Shown piece by piece: positions 18,764 to 31,500 of a stretch of 64,000 nucleotides of DNA; the first letter of the stretch is position 1, and each line of letters starts with the position of its first letter. Below the pieces are notes generated by a model that was not told the DNA's origin, did not search any database, and worked only from the letters and a program-made list of their open reading frames with translations. This DNA is from Phoronis australis. Lineage: Eukaryota > Animalia > Phoronida. The stretch lies in the NCBI GenBank assembly GCA_002633005.1, contig NMRA01000326.1:441372-505371 (forward strand), read 5' to 3'. The position numbers and the translations under genes are program-made.

Positions 18764-19541
18764 ATGCCACACTGTTGCTGCGTACCAGGAAGTACTAATT
18801 ATCGGCTCACGCGCGCTTTGGGAGTACCTTTGCATCGCTTTCCGATGGATGACACACTTTGCCGTACTTGGCTCGTTCGTGTGAAGAACGCAGCGTTACC
18901 CGTCCACGCAACGGAGAATTACCGTGTGTGTGGCAAGCACTTTCTGCCGTCCGATTACGAAAGGGATTTGTACGTTGAACTGATGAAGGTCCCTGCGAAA
19001 CAACGTCTGAAGAAGGTTGTCATTCACTCTGTGTTGATTCCCGGCAGTGCCCCGTCGCCACCCTCGAGAAGTGCGTATTTGAAGCGAGAAGCCTCGCGAG
19101 CTGTGGCCAGTACAGTGACTGGAGCCAGTGAAGGCACTTCATCTACTGCCGGTCACCCGTGCCTCCGAACGTACCTCAGAGCGTGCAATTCCTGGAACCA
19201 GTAGTGATTCGCTCGGTGCTGTTTTCTCCAGCCCAGAGCCTCTAAGCAGCCCTGCAGCGATATTGAGTAGTGGGAGTGATTACAGGCTCAGTTCGACACC
19301 CAGTGAAGAGGACAGTGAACAGATCGGTGAGCCAAACTTAGATAAGTTTATTGTGGACTTGTCTAAAGTGTTGGAGTTATTTAGAAGGTGCCAGGTATGT
19401 GGCGAGGGAGTCACACGACACGATGTAAGCAGTTTGGGTGCTCAGGTCACCATCCAGTGGGAGTGTGTCGCGGGACACTCTGGCAAGTGGGACAGTTGTT
19501 CCTCTGTCCGTGGTATGCCGGAGGTCCACTTAACCATGTCC
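18764..19541 (+). pseudogene. Truncated, frameshifted THAP-domain transposase N-terminus of Kolobok copy B
   Basis: MPHCCCVPGSTNY..LHRFP..TWLVRV..YRVCGKHF..RLKKVVIHSV is a THAP signature with one Cys lost. It is followed by DKFIVDLSKVLELFRRCQVC..WECVAGH. Confidence 0.85.
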
Positions 19542-19837
19542 AATAGTGGCTTGGCCTCGTCGAACTCTGAACACCACAAGCATTCCATTGAGGTAGGCAT
19601 AACAACGCACACAGTGCATTTGCACCAAGATGTGTCACCATGTCTGTCCTCAGTAGCCGCCTCGTTTCTCTCAACAGCTGCCTGTGCCTGTGCGTACTCT
19701 GCCTCGTTATACTCGGGCTCAAACATGTACCCACCCACTGAATGTCCGTGAAAAAATTCCTCGTCACCACTGCTGTGAAAAAGGTCTCCGTCACTCACAC
19801 TACTGTCACTGTGATACGGGTCACCGACTCCAGCCAT
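19542..19837 (-). pseudogene. KolX-like (P2X7 ballast/ZCD-like Cys-rich) ORF N-terminus of Kolobok copy B
   Basis: MAGVGDPYHSDSS..GYMFEPEY..TSWCKCTVCVVMPTSMECLWCSEF. Confidence 0.75.
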
Positions 19838-20152
19838 TTTCAGCTTACAACACACTAAACAATCCCTAAATCCAACGTAAATTCTCTACTAACCTATCTT
19901 GCCGCAGAATACTCGCCGATGGAAAGTGGTGGCGACAATTGTTGAAAAACAGCACAAAACAAAAGTAGAATAGAACAGATTCGCACGGTAAAGTCAACGC
20001 AAAACCAAGTGGCGGGAAAGGCTTGCTTCCTAAAACGTCACTCCCGGAGTAGCGGACGAGTAATCTATAAAATTACGAAAAGCTGTAATTAAGTGGAAAA
20101 TATGTCTAGGATAACCAAACAACCTTATTTTAGCTCAAAATGACATGGAAAA

Positions 20153-21385
20153 CAATTTTGATTGAAATCACATCGTCATTTTGTGCACGCAATCTCGTTC
20201 CTCATAACACATTTCATAACGTCGGAGCCATTCAATAAACCAAACATATTGAAAAGAAGATAACAAAGCAGAGTTTGTCAATCAGCAGCATTCCTTTGAA
20301 GCAGAACGTATTGGTGAAATGTTAAATAATGATAACATCAATGAAGCCACAGACAATATTCGTGATTTAATTAAGCTCTGTCGATCAGCAGCAGGTATGA
20401 GATGCAATTCACGGTCAACTAAACATAAAAGCAATGCTTAGTTTGACCAATACTGTTTAAATAATAAACGGGAAACTCGTAGGTGTCTAGGAAATTGCAT
20501 AAAAAATCAGTTGAAAATCAGACTCTCTACATACTTCAACGGGGAATATATCAAGCTTTATTAAATACTAAAAACATGCCTTTTTTGGACGTGAAAGTTT
20601 AGAAATTCATTCAATCTTTAAATGCCTCAGACTCAATTTTTTTGGAAATTTGTAAAAAACCAAGAGATACATTAAGACATAAGACGTCTAGTGACCAGTG
20701 GTTTCATACCTTTGGAAATGGGCACAGCAGTTGCTTTAAGAAAGTCGTTTGAGTAATGAGTACATTCAGTTTGGTATATTTGTCAAAGAGTTTTTAAGTC
20801 GCGCAAACTTGACTCTACAAGTTCCGCAAATGGTACTGAGGGAAATTTTGGAAAGTACTCTGGATAAAGAGAACACGATTGATGAAATCAAAGTGGGTAT
20901 AAACCAGATAAAAAAACGATAAATCTGTAGGTGTGGATGGAATTTAGTTAGAGTTTTAGAAATATTGCGCCTCTTTCTTTCCACAAACCCTCCAGTTGTT
21001 ATTCAATCGTATTATAAATACAGGTATTTACCAACAGCTTGGAGTCAAGGGGTAATTGTGCCATTGTTCAAGAAAGGTAAAAGAGATTCGGCTGAAAACT
21101 ATAGCGACATAACATGAATGGAAGTTGTAAACAAAGTTTTCTCACAAGTGTTAGTCAACATATTACAGGAATGATCTAACGAGAACGACACAGTAAATGA
21201 AAACAAGGCTGGGTCCCGGAAAGCGTATTCCACGGTATATTTTAAGTACACTGATAAATAAATTGTATTTCAAAAAGTAGAGGTAGATTTTATTGTCTTT
21301 TTGTGGACTTTCAAAAACCTTTTGGTATAACTGGTAAAGCGTATAATGTTTTACAATCCATGTATGAAAATATTTGTTACTGCAG
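20153..21385 (+). mobile_element. Decayed non-LTR retrotransposon (LINE) ORF2 fragment, RT N-terminal region
   Basis: Broken reading frames give DEIKVGINQI, KSVGVDGI, LFNRIINTGI, AWSQGVIVPLFKKGKRDSAENY and YCLFVDFQKPF, with many stops and frameshifts. Confidence 0.8.
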
Positions 21386-21405
21386 ACACAATCTGTTGTG
21401 TTTTG

Positions 21406-21437
21406 ATATATCTATACATATATCTATACATATATAT

Positions 21438-21511
<74 letters not shown>
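21406..21511. repeat. (TA)n microsatellite
   Basis: Directly visible. Confidence 0.95.
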
Positions 21512-21515
<4 letters not shown>

Positions 21516-22535
21516 TTTCATTACCCATATTGTATATTTGAAGTGCCCCCAGATCTTGGACACGTCACGTGATACTGGCATTTAAAAGCTCGCCAGTTCT
21601 GAGTGCTCTGTAAGCATTAGACTGTGACCACCCTTTCTAGCTGGCTCAGTAGAGATGGTGTAGCTCCTTTAGGACCTTCATACGCTGTAAGATTTTCGGC
21701 AAATTATGCCTCACACTGTAACATCAAAGTCATGTTGTTATAAATATCAAGCATTTTCTTCGAACAGTCTCTCGTTCAGTTCCCAAAATCGGTAACTGGC
21801 CATTTTTACACTCCGCACGCCAGGGATATGACGTCATACCACCTATCGCGCGCAATGTTAAAATGGCTTATTCTTGTTACTTACTACTTCAGTTACATCG
21901 AAGTAAAAAATGTGAAGGTTCTTATTAAGTGATTTAAAAAAGATCTACATTGGGATCTTGACGTGTGAAGCTTACTCAAATCCTTCATCCTTACAGCTTC
22001 CTAATTTTTGATTGTCGTGCTTGTCAAATCCAGATTTAACTGCTAAATGTAATTCTCAATTACCTTGACAATTTGAAACCCATGCGTCCAATATTTTTAA
22101 GAAATGACATTCTTTACCCACTATAATCTCACATTTTGGTTACTCGGTGCTCATGTCATTATGCTGCTGTGCTTCACAATGAACTTGTTCTGTATTTTGT
22201 TGACCGTTGTTTTACAACGCCCAATACTATTCAACACGTGACATTTTAATACGTCACACTTGATGTTACAGATAGTGTGCAAACTAACACATGGGATTGT
22301 TTAAATACCTGATTTACCCACACCGAGAAAAAATAAATTGCAAGATAAAAGTGGTAATGACGTGTTCACCTACAGTTCAAGGTCCACTGGATTTTATTTC
22401 TTTACACTGCTCTGCAGTTTGTCAAAAGGAGCCACAAGCACCCAGGTACGCAGTTGACGTATGCATTTCAATGCACGTGGCTTTTCACAAGCGTCAGTTG
22501 CTGGGTTTATCTTATTTCCCCCGACAATATCGTGC

Positions 22536-22543
22536 TATATAAA
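22536..22543 (+). promoter_or_regulatory. TATA box of the glucanase/glucan-binding protein gene
   Basis: TATATAAA lies ~25 bp upstream of an Inr-like CCAGT and ~45 bp upstream of the signal-peptide ATG at 22585. Confidence 0.65.
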
Positions 22544-22584
22544 GAGCAAAATTGTTGCACCAGTGTTACACACTCAGAGCAAGT

Positions 22585-25500
22585 ATGCTGTATACGGTGG
22601 CTTTGTTGTGCTTTATCAGCGCTTCACAAGCGGCTGTATCGAGACCAAACATTATTGAGCTTTCGCCTCGTGGTATCAGGTTCGAAATAAACGGTAGGTT
22701 TTACTTGTATACGCTACGTGGTTACCTCTGATTCAGTGCAACGTCATTGGTTGTGTCAAAAGAATTCACCAAGTGTGCTATCTACATGGCGTGAAAAAAG
22801 GGAAAACAATGAACCACAGACAAAATAAGATATGGTGATGTTTTGGACCCAGTAAACTATCTATCTATTATTGTGTAACAGGAGTGCCCTGGACATGATT
22901 ATGTAAGTGAGATATATGCGCCCTCTAGTGGTCAAGCTGTGTATTACGTATGGAATTTTCCTATGATGTTGAGTCCTTTGGACATGGCCAAATATGGTCA
23001 GAAGCTAGGAGCTATGGGCCTTGCCCTTCAGATCGTGTCTGATTGGTTGAAATTGTGTACTTAAGCTTTGTCTCTGTCAGACACGAGGAGTCCAGTCGCA
23101 GAGTTCAAGGAGCAAACATTAACACTTTCACTCACACCAAATTACAACTGTTTGTGCAGCTTTCGGGCTCCTCCCGAACTTGGTTGCCAACAGTTTAGCC
23201 CCATGCAATTCTCGGGCTCCTCCCGAGCTTGATTGCATCTCACCTTTCGGATCTGAATAACCAAATTGCCCCGTTCTTGCACACACAACTATTAATCAGC
23301 GACTGGCTTGCCCGTGTATCAGAACTGTATAAATCACAACGCTGCGATACTAAATCATGGAACAACTGGATTGCTTGTAAGTGTGGAATATTGTAGTTAT
23401 ATATTCTTACAATAAACCCATGTATTATTCACCAACTTTTAGTTTTCAACATCACCCTCAGTCCGCACCGGGCTCGTAAAATCGGGGCGCCTTGGTCGTA
23501 GATACCGCCCCCGTTACAATTGTATAACAAAATGATTGAGAACATTAAAAATTAGTTTGGTTTTTAGGATCATTTGTTATTCCCTGATTTTTTTTGTACA
23601 GATAGTCCTGGTGTACGGCTGGTAGCAGTTCACTTTAATGTCAACAAACCACTGTCAGGAACACGAGCTGGTGATTGGAACGTCGACATTCGGTCCAAGA
23701 CAAGTAAGCAACATGCACGGCTGCAGGCGCTCGATAAGCGGACAACGGGCCCTGCACAAACGGTCAACGGGCCCTGCAGAAAGGCAAAAATGTCGCAATG
23801 TCGAAATTTGGAGCACGGTTGCTTCTCGATGCAGCCTTGGTGCAAAGCTATACATTAAATGTGTAGCTAGCTGTATTTTAACGATAGTCATCATACAACT
23901 AACTGGTTGGCTAAGTATTAGTTAGCTGTAGTTTGACGGTAGTCTTCATATAACTAACTGACTGGCTAAGTGGTATCTAACTGTATTTTGACTATAGTCT
24001 TCATACAGCTAACTGACTGGCTAAGTGGTATCTAGCTGTATTTTGGCGATAGTCTTCATATAACTAACTGACTGGCTAAGTGGTATCTAACTGTATTTTG
24101 ACGATAGTCTTTTGGCTAGCTAAGTGGTACTTAGGTGTATTTTGACGATAGTCATCATACAACTAAATGACTGGCTAAGTGGTACCTAGCTGTATTTTGA
24201 CGATAGTCTTCATACAGTTAACTGGCTGGGTAGGTTCGAAGCAACATGTCTCACCCTGTCTGCATGAATGGCCAGCTCTGACACTTTTAAGGGTAAATGA
24301 GCTATATCTCCGAAATTAGTACCCGCTGACACCAAACTCCTTTATCCGACTACAACTTTCCCAAATACGCAGACTTGGTCAATGAAAATAGTGTGCTATT
24401 ATGAACAAAGACGTTATTTTGGACACTCAAGGAAAAACTGATCCTTAAGAACTTGTTTTCTTGTGTTAGTTGACGCCAATAGTTTAATTGCAGGGTTCAA
24501 ATCTACGAGTTAATGAAGACCTAGTATTGTATAGAACTACGCATTTCCTTCATTTCCATTCTTATTAAAACCTAACCACTGGCACACTTGCATGTTTGCC
24601 ACGGCTTCCGTGCCCAGCCTGTGGCACTGCTAGACAGGTGCACCGAATGCAAGAAACAAATGTCGAGGTATGGTAAAAATAGTTGTATTATACATTTTAT
24701 GTAAAGATACAACGAATGTTTGTCTTCGTTTTCATTTAAAGCAAATTCATTCCTACGCATTTAAAAAAACACAAGTGCTGCCAATTCTAACTAAGTGTAA
24801 AAAGTTGATAAATAACTCCAAAAATTAAGTGGAAAAACCTGACACGAGATTGTTCTACTGGACTTTCACCCCAATATGACGTACTTCAGTATTTCAGGCG
24901 GCAACACAAGTCTTGTTGTGACCAGTCCCTCTCCAAGTGCTGTGGTCACTCGAGATCGAACTCGAAATTGCTTTCGTCATTTCCGTTTCACTTTTTGTGA
25001 GTGCAAGAAAAATTTTGATTATCCAGTGCTCAAGAACATTGTGGTTTATGAAAATGTGATTCTAGTAGAATAGAAAAGGACAAAATTAATCTCGAGTAAA
25101 ATTAAAGATTTGACCCTGACCCTGTTGCTTTCAATATGGTTTGTATTCTTTCACAAGGTGGTGTGTTAGCATCTTGAAACATATTCCTCTATTGTACCCC
25201 CCCCCCAGCTATTCCTAGATCTTTAGTGACTGTTGCCAAGGCTTAAGCCTAATCGTCTTCTACAAACAAATCACAATCTAGCACAGTATAGAAACTAATG
25301 ATCTTCAAATGTTTCATATACTTTACTGGTTACATATTTTTTGATTCGCCACCTATGAAAATTTTTTGAAAACAGAGCGATTTAAACAGGTATGAAGCCA
25401 CTGACTTTCATTCATCATAAATCGTCATATTGGTGACAATGCCTTGTGTCTTGAAGTCAGAAAAGCAAACGAAATTCCAAGACAGGTGGTGCATCAGCTT

Positions 25501-28500
25501 TACTTGTACATTTAAAAATAGTAACACAGTTTTCATGCTGAAATTCATCCTGGAACAAAGTCAAAATGAACAAAATCCAGTGGCGGATGGGGGGGGGGGT
25601 CGCTTTGCGAATTGCCAACTAGCATATGCGTGCACCCAAGGGAGCTCGGGGGGCGAATGCACAATGCATAGCTCTTGAATAAACCCCGTTTGCCTTTTTT
25701 TAGTAATAAGGTCCAAAACCCAAAAATTCGAGACCCCTGCATCCCAACATTTTAGGCTGGACGGCCGCATGTGGCGAAATTCTGGTTATTCCTGTGCCCT
25801 GCCCCCTTAACTCAGAATCCTAGATCAACACCTGAAATCCTTTAGACTTTTGTGTAATATGGTAACAGCAGCCGATTGTTTCATCAAACTCGTTTCACTA
25901 AGCTCACAAAAACACATGTACAAGTGTAAAGACACGCCACTCAAGTTTTGCTTCCTGTTTTAGATGGCAAATGGGTGTACGAAAACAAAAATATTGACAT
26001 AAAGAAAGGCGATCGAGTATATTATTGGATATACCAGGTTCGTTATGGCCTTGGAGAACAACTGACGAACCAGATGCACACCGTGTCAAAGGGAGGCAGT
26101 GGCAACACAGGCGGAAATACAGGTGGAAATACAGGTGGAAATACAGGTAAGAAGGCTGTGAGACGCGCAAGGAACAAAGTTAGGCATCGCTAAGTGTGCA
26201 TAATTAAGCGTTAATGAAAAGTTGTTTCATGGTGCTTTGGGTAGAGGTTTGAATTGGTATGTTAGAGGAAAGGTTTCTTAAATATTGCCCTTAATTGGCG
26301 TTACAGCCACGGCAAAGCATTGAGACATATTTGATGTATTTACACGACTGCAAATTTAAAACCTTTTAGTTGAACGTTTTAGTTCAAACAATTTAATATA
26401 AGAATGCGTTTTGTTTACATGATAAGTTTGATACTACTACGAAGTTAGTTGAGCGTAAGCTGTGTGTTCTCGTTCTAAGTGTTATTAGCAATGTTAACCT
26501 GTTCAGTGTTCTAATGTATGGTTTATTTGGTTAAAAGCTGTTCCCACAACTAGTCTACAAATTCTGTAAAATACAAAATAGAATACTTTGTAAAATATTT
26601 TGTAGGTGTATCTAGTCTTTGCTTTTGGCTGCCGTATTGTTCTACCATTCCGTTGATAGCAGAATACAGAAAAAGAAGTAGGCAGCTTCATGCCGAAATT
26701 TACAGGCACGTCTGTGCCAGTGAGCGCGTGTGACAACTCATCACCTGTGGTCATTGCATGTACACTGTTAGGAAAGACACATTTTTAGATAAACTGAAAT
26801 ATGAGGTTTGTAGGTGGCAACCTTCGACTTGTGTTGGACGAGCAGTTCAACGGAAATTCCCTGAACACAAACAACTGGGACTTTGAAGTCACCACCTGGG
26901 GAGGAGGTGTGAGTATACATGTGTGACCCACTAGGGGAGCTGTGAGTATATGTGCACGTGACGCAAGGTGTGGGCCGTCTATTTGGTATTGATCACGTGG
27001 GCTCAGTCAGTAAAATTGTCTTAACGCGAAAGCTCGTCAAAGTTCCTGACGAAAGTACCATCTTGCAATGTCTAGTACGGAATGATTCACTTTCCCCGGT
27101 GAAGGAATTTCCTGAAATAATTCACAGAATTCACGATATTTGAAATACGCAGCAAGGAAAAACTTTGTAGTCACCACAAAGTTTCTAATCTCCCTCCCAC
27201 TTAAATAAAGGCGCGCAGGCGATCACAGTCAGCTGACTAACAAGATCAACAGTAATAGTAGATTATCATGTGTGACTGCACTCCGAATCTGACAGCTCAG
27301 TAAGCGGGTCAAGTAAGCAATGTACAAAAAATAATTAATATATTTGAATATTACGACACCTTTATAACTATTTTTATATAGTTAGGACTTATACCAGTTG
27401 CCTCTTAATTGGAATGACTGCTGCTTACATGTAAGTCGTCATCATTTTGTTTACATCCAAAGTCAAAGGTCACATTTCCCGTATAAGGGAAATGTACTGC
27501 GTCTGTCTTGCAATACCAAATAAGGAGACAGACTTTGCATTGTGGGAGAAAAGTCTATGAAATGACAGGCAGTTGACAGATCATTTTTCGAAATTTGAAA
27601 CCAAAAGAAAAATTCACAACAAAAATTCAAAAGCTTTACGCGCAAACCGTAAAGATGACTGGTGAGCAGGTTGAATTCTATCTCAGTAGCCCAGAGCCAA
27701 TCTGAATTATGCAAATTAGTCTTTTTTTCGCGTTCCACGCATCTTCAAGCTTACGTAAACGTAATTATCAACTAATTGTTTTTCACCAACAGACGAACAC
27801 ATTCTTTGTGAACGTTTGAGCAATTACTTCCTGACGTTTCGTTATTATGCGTTCACAACAACACCAGACTATATAGAGCATGCGAGCATCACAGTGTTCT
27901 CCCATAACGAAGCCATTGCGGTATGTTCGAAGATTTCTTGTAATCGCCAACAGCTCTTTCGCGCCTAGTCTGAACGTTGTTCAAGATTGTTGATGTTGTT
28001 CTAGTAACGTTACAAATAGTCTACCTTTTGTGAGTGTTGCCTTCGGCCATTTGATGCAACTAATGACATGTCATGCTCGTTTCGAAAGTCGTCAATGAAA
28101 ATTGTAAAGCATACACTCAACGAAAAAACTCGAACGTCGGGGTTCAGTGATCAACGTTCCCCTAACTCATTGAAGAAATCTGTAGAAAACATCAGCGATA
28201 GTTTACTAATACGGTGACTTTGAAGACAACTTGTTGACTACAATAACAATCACAAATGCACGAAATTCTGTGAAGTAACATCAGATTTTCTATCACGGGA
28301 GAAGCAGCTTTTAGAAGTCATCAGTTGGGCCGTTTAAGTTTCCCACATGGGACAATATCGTTGGCCAAATTTTGATCTCCGTCAGCTCTCTTGTGTCAGT
28401 CTACGTCACAGCATAGAACTCTCGGACTGGATTGCCACGCGCGGCTGAGATTGTCACGTGCCTGCGTGGGTAGTTGTTTGCGGCTTCTTGCTGTAGAATA

Positions 28501-31500
28501 TAGGACTGAGGGTGTTGTTTTGGAACAGAAAAAAGCCAGCCGAGTTCACGGCCCAACTCATTGGTCCTGCAAGTCAGCGCTTGTTCTATGCTCAGATCGA
28601 GTGGAGCTTATATAGACTGGGTCGAGGGGGTTGTGGGTCGTGGGTCGAGTGGGTCGTGGCGGTCCACTAGGGGATTTTAGAACAATCCGTTTTGTACAAA
28701 CGAAGTAAGTTTAGAACTGTTATCACCAAAAACTTCATCCGATCAAACTCTTTCTATATTTTTGCAATATTTAGCAGTTTTATGGCCCAGAAACGAAGGA
28801 TTATCTGTTCGCGATTCGGAAAGTCGGGAAGCCGACCGTGGATACTACTGCTGCCGAGCTGATCGGTGAAGCCATGTACACGTATAATAATTTCGAAAGT
28901 TTGCAGTTTAGAAGACTATTGGCCCTTCGGAATATCGGCTCTTACCGGTGGGAATTGTATTTCCATCTTTTGGCTGCTCGGACAAAAAGCCCTTCGAATT
29001 ATTGACCCTTAGGACCCATGGCGTTAATGGTCCTATATTCACATGTTCAAATGCTTTCAGACATGAGCTAACGATCTTATTGCTCATTTCTCACATGTTT
29101 ACACGCATAGCTTATTCCTCACATATTCATTCGCTTACAGACCATAGCTAATGGCCCTACTTCTCAGATATATTAACTCGCTTACAGACAATATTTAGCT
29201 AATGGCCCTATTCCTCACATATTCACTCACTTACAGACCACAGCTAATGTCCCTATTCCTCACATATATTAACTCGCTTACAGACAATATTTAGCTAATG
29301 ACCTCATTCCTCACATATTCACTCACTCACAGACCATAGCTAATGGCCCTATTCCTCACATATATTAACTCGCTTACAGACAATATTTAGCTAATGACCT
29401 CATTCCTCACATATTCACTCACTTACAGACCATAGCTAATGGCCCTATTCCTCACATTAACTCGCTTACAGACAGTATTTAGCTAATGACCCTATTTTTC
29501 ACATATTCTCTCACTTACAGACCATAGCTAATGGCCCTATTCCTCACATATATTAACTCGCTTACAGACAGTATTTAGCTAATGACCCTATTTTTCACAT
29601 ATTCACTCACTTACAGACCATAGCTAATGGCCCTATTCCTCACATATATTAACTCGCTTACAGACAATATTTAGCTAATGACCTCATTCCTCACATATTC
29701 ACTCGCTTACAGACCATAACTAATGGCCTTATTCCTCACATGTTTTCGTTCAATATTTTAATCAAACTAACGTGAAGTCAAAGCGGAACGAAATGAGCAA
29801 ATTTTTGTCAGAAACGGAAAGTATTATTCATGATCAGTTGCTTTGAATGAGAACAGCGTTTTTTGGGTCCATTTGATAAACCGCAGTCACGATTTGATTA
29901 CTTTTCTTTTCAGAACAACGAATTTCAAATTTACACACCAGAAAAGAAAAACACCTTCGTAAAGGATGGGAAACTTTTTATAAAACCAGTAAGTCTCAGC
30001 TTAAACATTAAATGTACTCAATTTCTCTAGAATATTGTTTTAACTATGTGTTATCTACGTGTGCATGTAGTTTCTACGGCTTGTTGTCAATTTGTGCAAT
30101 GTTGTAACTGAGTGCTTGTTGAATGACGCTCGTAAGACTTCTGTGACGGAGTGCCATATACTTGTATAAGCCGATGGGATTTACTCTTCCGTATATCAGG
30201 CGAATTTCATAGGACACAATCGAATACTTAGAATAAAATGAACATTTTTGGCTGTCAATGGTTGCAATCATCGCCAGGGAGATGGTTAGATGGACTTTCA
30301 GTGAAGTGGTGAAGTTCCCGCCTTAGGCCACGTAATACGTCATCAATGTCATTTTGATGGTGATCGGATGCATTGACAGTCGAAGGCTAAGTACTCGATT
30401 GTGTTCCATGAAATTTGCCTAATATTTGACTCACCAATTGGATGAAATTATTTTCTGAGCTTTTCTCTTCCTTTAGACTCTTACATCCGAAAGATTCGGG
30501 GAAGCATTTCTAACTTCTGGAGTATTGGATCTGAAAAGTAAGAATTTGAAACCATGAACATGATTAATGTATGCTAGATGCCGGTCAAAACGATACATCT
30601 TTAGAAACTAAGGCTTATATCTTATGTGTTATGCAAATTGATTCATGCACCGAATATGTTCATAGGAGAAGGCATTAAGTGCGCACGTCATGTCTTCAAT
30701 TTCGGTGCATATCTTGTCTGAAAGAAAACAGTTGTTCAAAGCAATATAAAAGTAGCTAGTCGACACTACGTGACACATTGTTTCTTTCCTTTGATTAATT
30801 ACAAGTCGACACTACGTGACGCATTGTTTCTTTCCTTTGATTAATTACAAGTCGACACTACGTGACACATTGTTTCTTTCCTTTGATTAATTACAAGTCG
30901 ACACTACGTGACACATTGTTTCTTTCCTTTGATTAATTACAAGTCGACACTACGTGACACATTGTTTCTTTCCTTTGATTAATTACAAGTCGACACTACG
31001 TGACACATTGTTTCTTTCCTTTGATTAATTACAAGTCGACACTACGTGACACATTGTTTCTTTCCTTTGATTAATTACAAGTCGACACTACGTGACACAT
31101 TGTTTCTTTCCTTTGATTAATTACAAGTCGACACTACGTGACACATTGTTTCTTTCCTTTGATTAATTACAAGTCGACACTACGTGACACATTGTTTCTT
31201 TCCTTTGATTAATTACAAGTCGACACTACGTGACACATTGTTTCTTTCCTTTGATTAATTACAAGTCGACACTACGTGACACATTGTTTCTTTCCTTTGA
31301 TTAATTACAAGTCGACACTACGTGACGCATTGTTTCTTTCCTTTGATTAATTACAAGTTTTATAACTCGGTGTATTTAACGCCATTCTACGCACTGTTTT
31401 AACAATTTCGACATTTCACTATTCCGCATGGGCAGTGCACCATAGGGGCTCGGGGGGGGGAGGGGGCTATAGCCCCACGTTTTTCAGTGCTGCGTCGCCC

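Larger units (their letters stand above)
18526..20152 (+). mobile_element. Kolobok-type DNA transposon, internally deleted copy B (right TIR tip missing)
   Basis: Left end is TTAA|AGGAGAAGGCAACC at 18522-18539. The THAP ORF (18758-19204) continues through a frameshift into 19128-19540. A convergent KolX-like ORF starts at ATG 19837 on -. The right TIR matches until catggaaaa (~20152) and then switches to LINE sequence. Confidence 0.9.

Noticed and set aside
21303-21585. YI-repeat ORFs
   Set aside because: They come from the (TA)n microsatellite following a LINE remnant.
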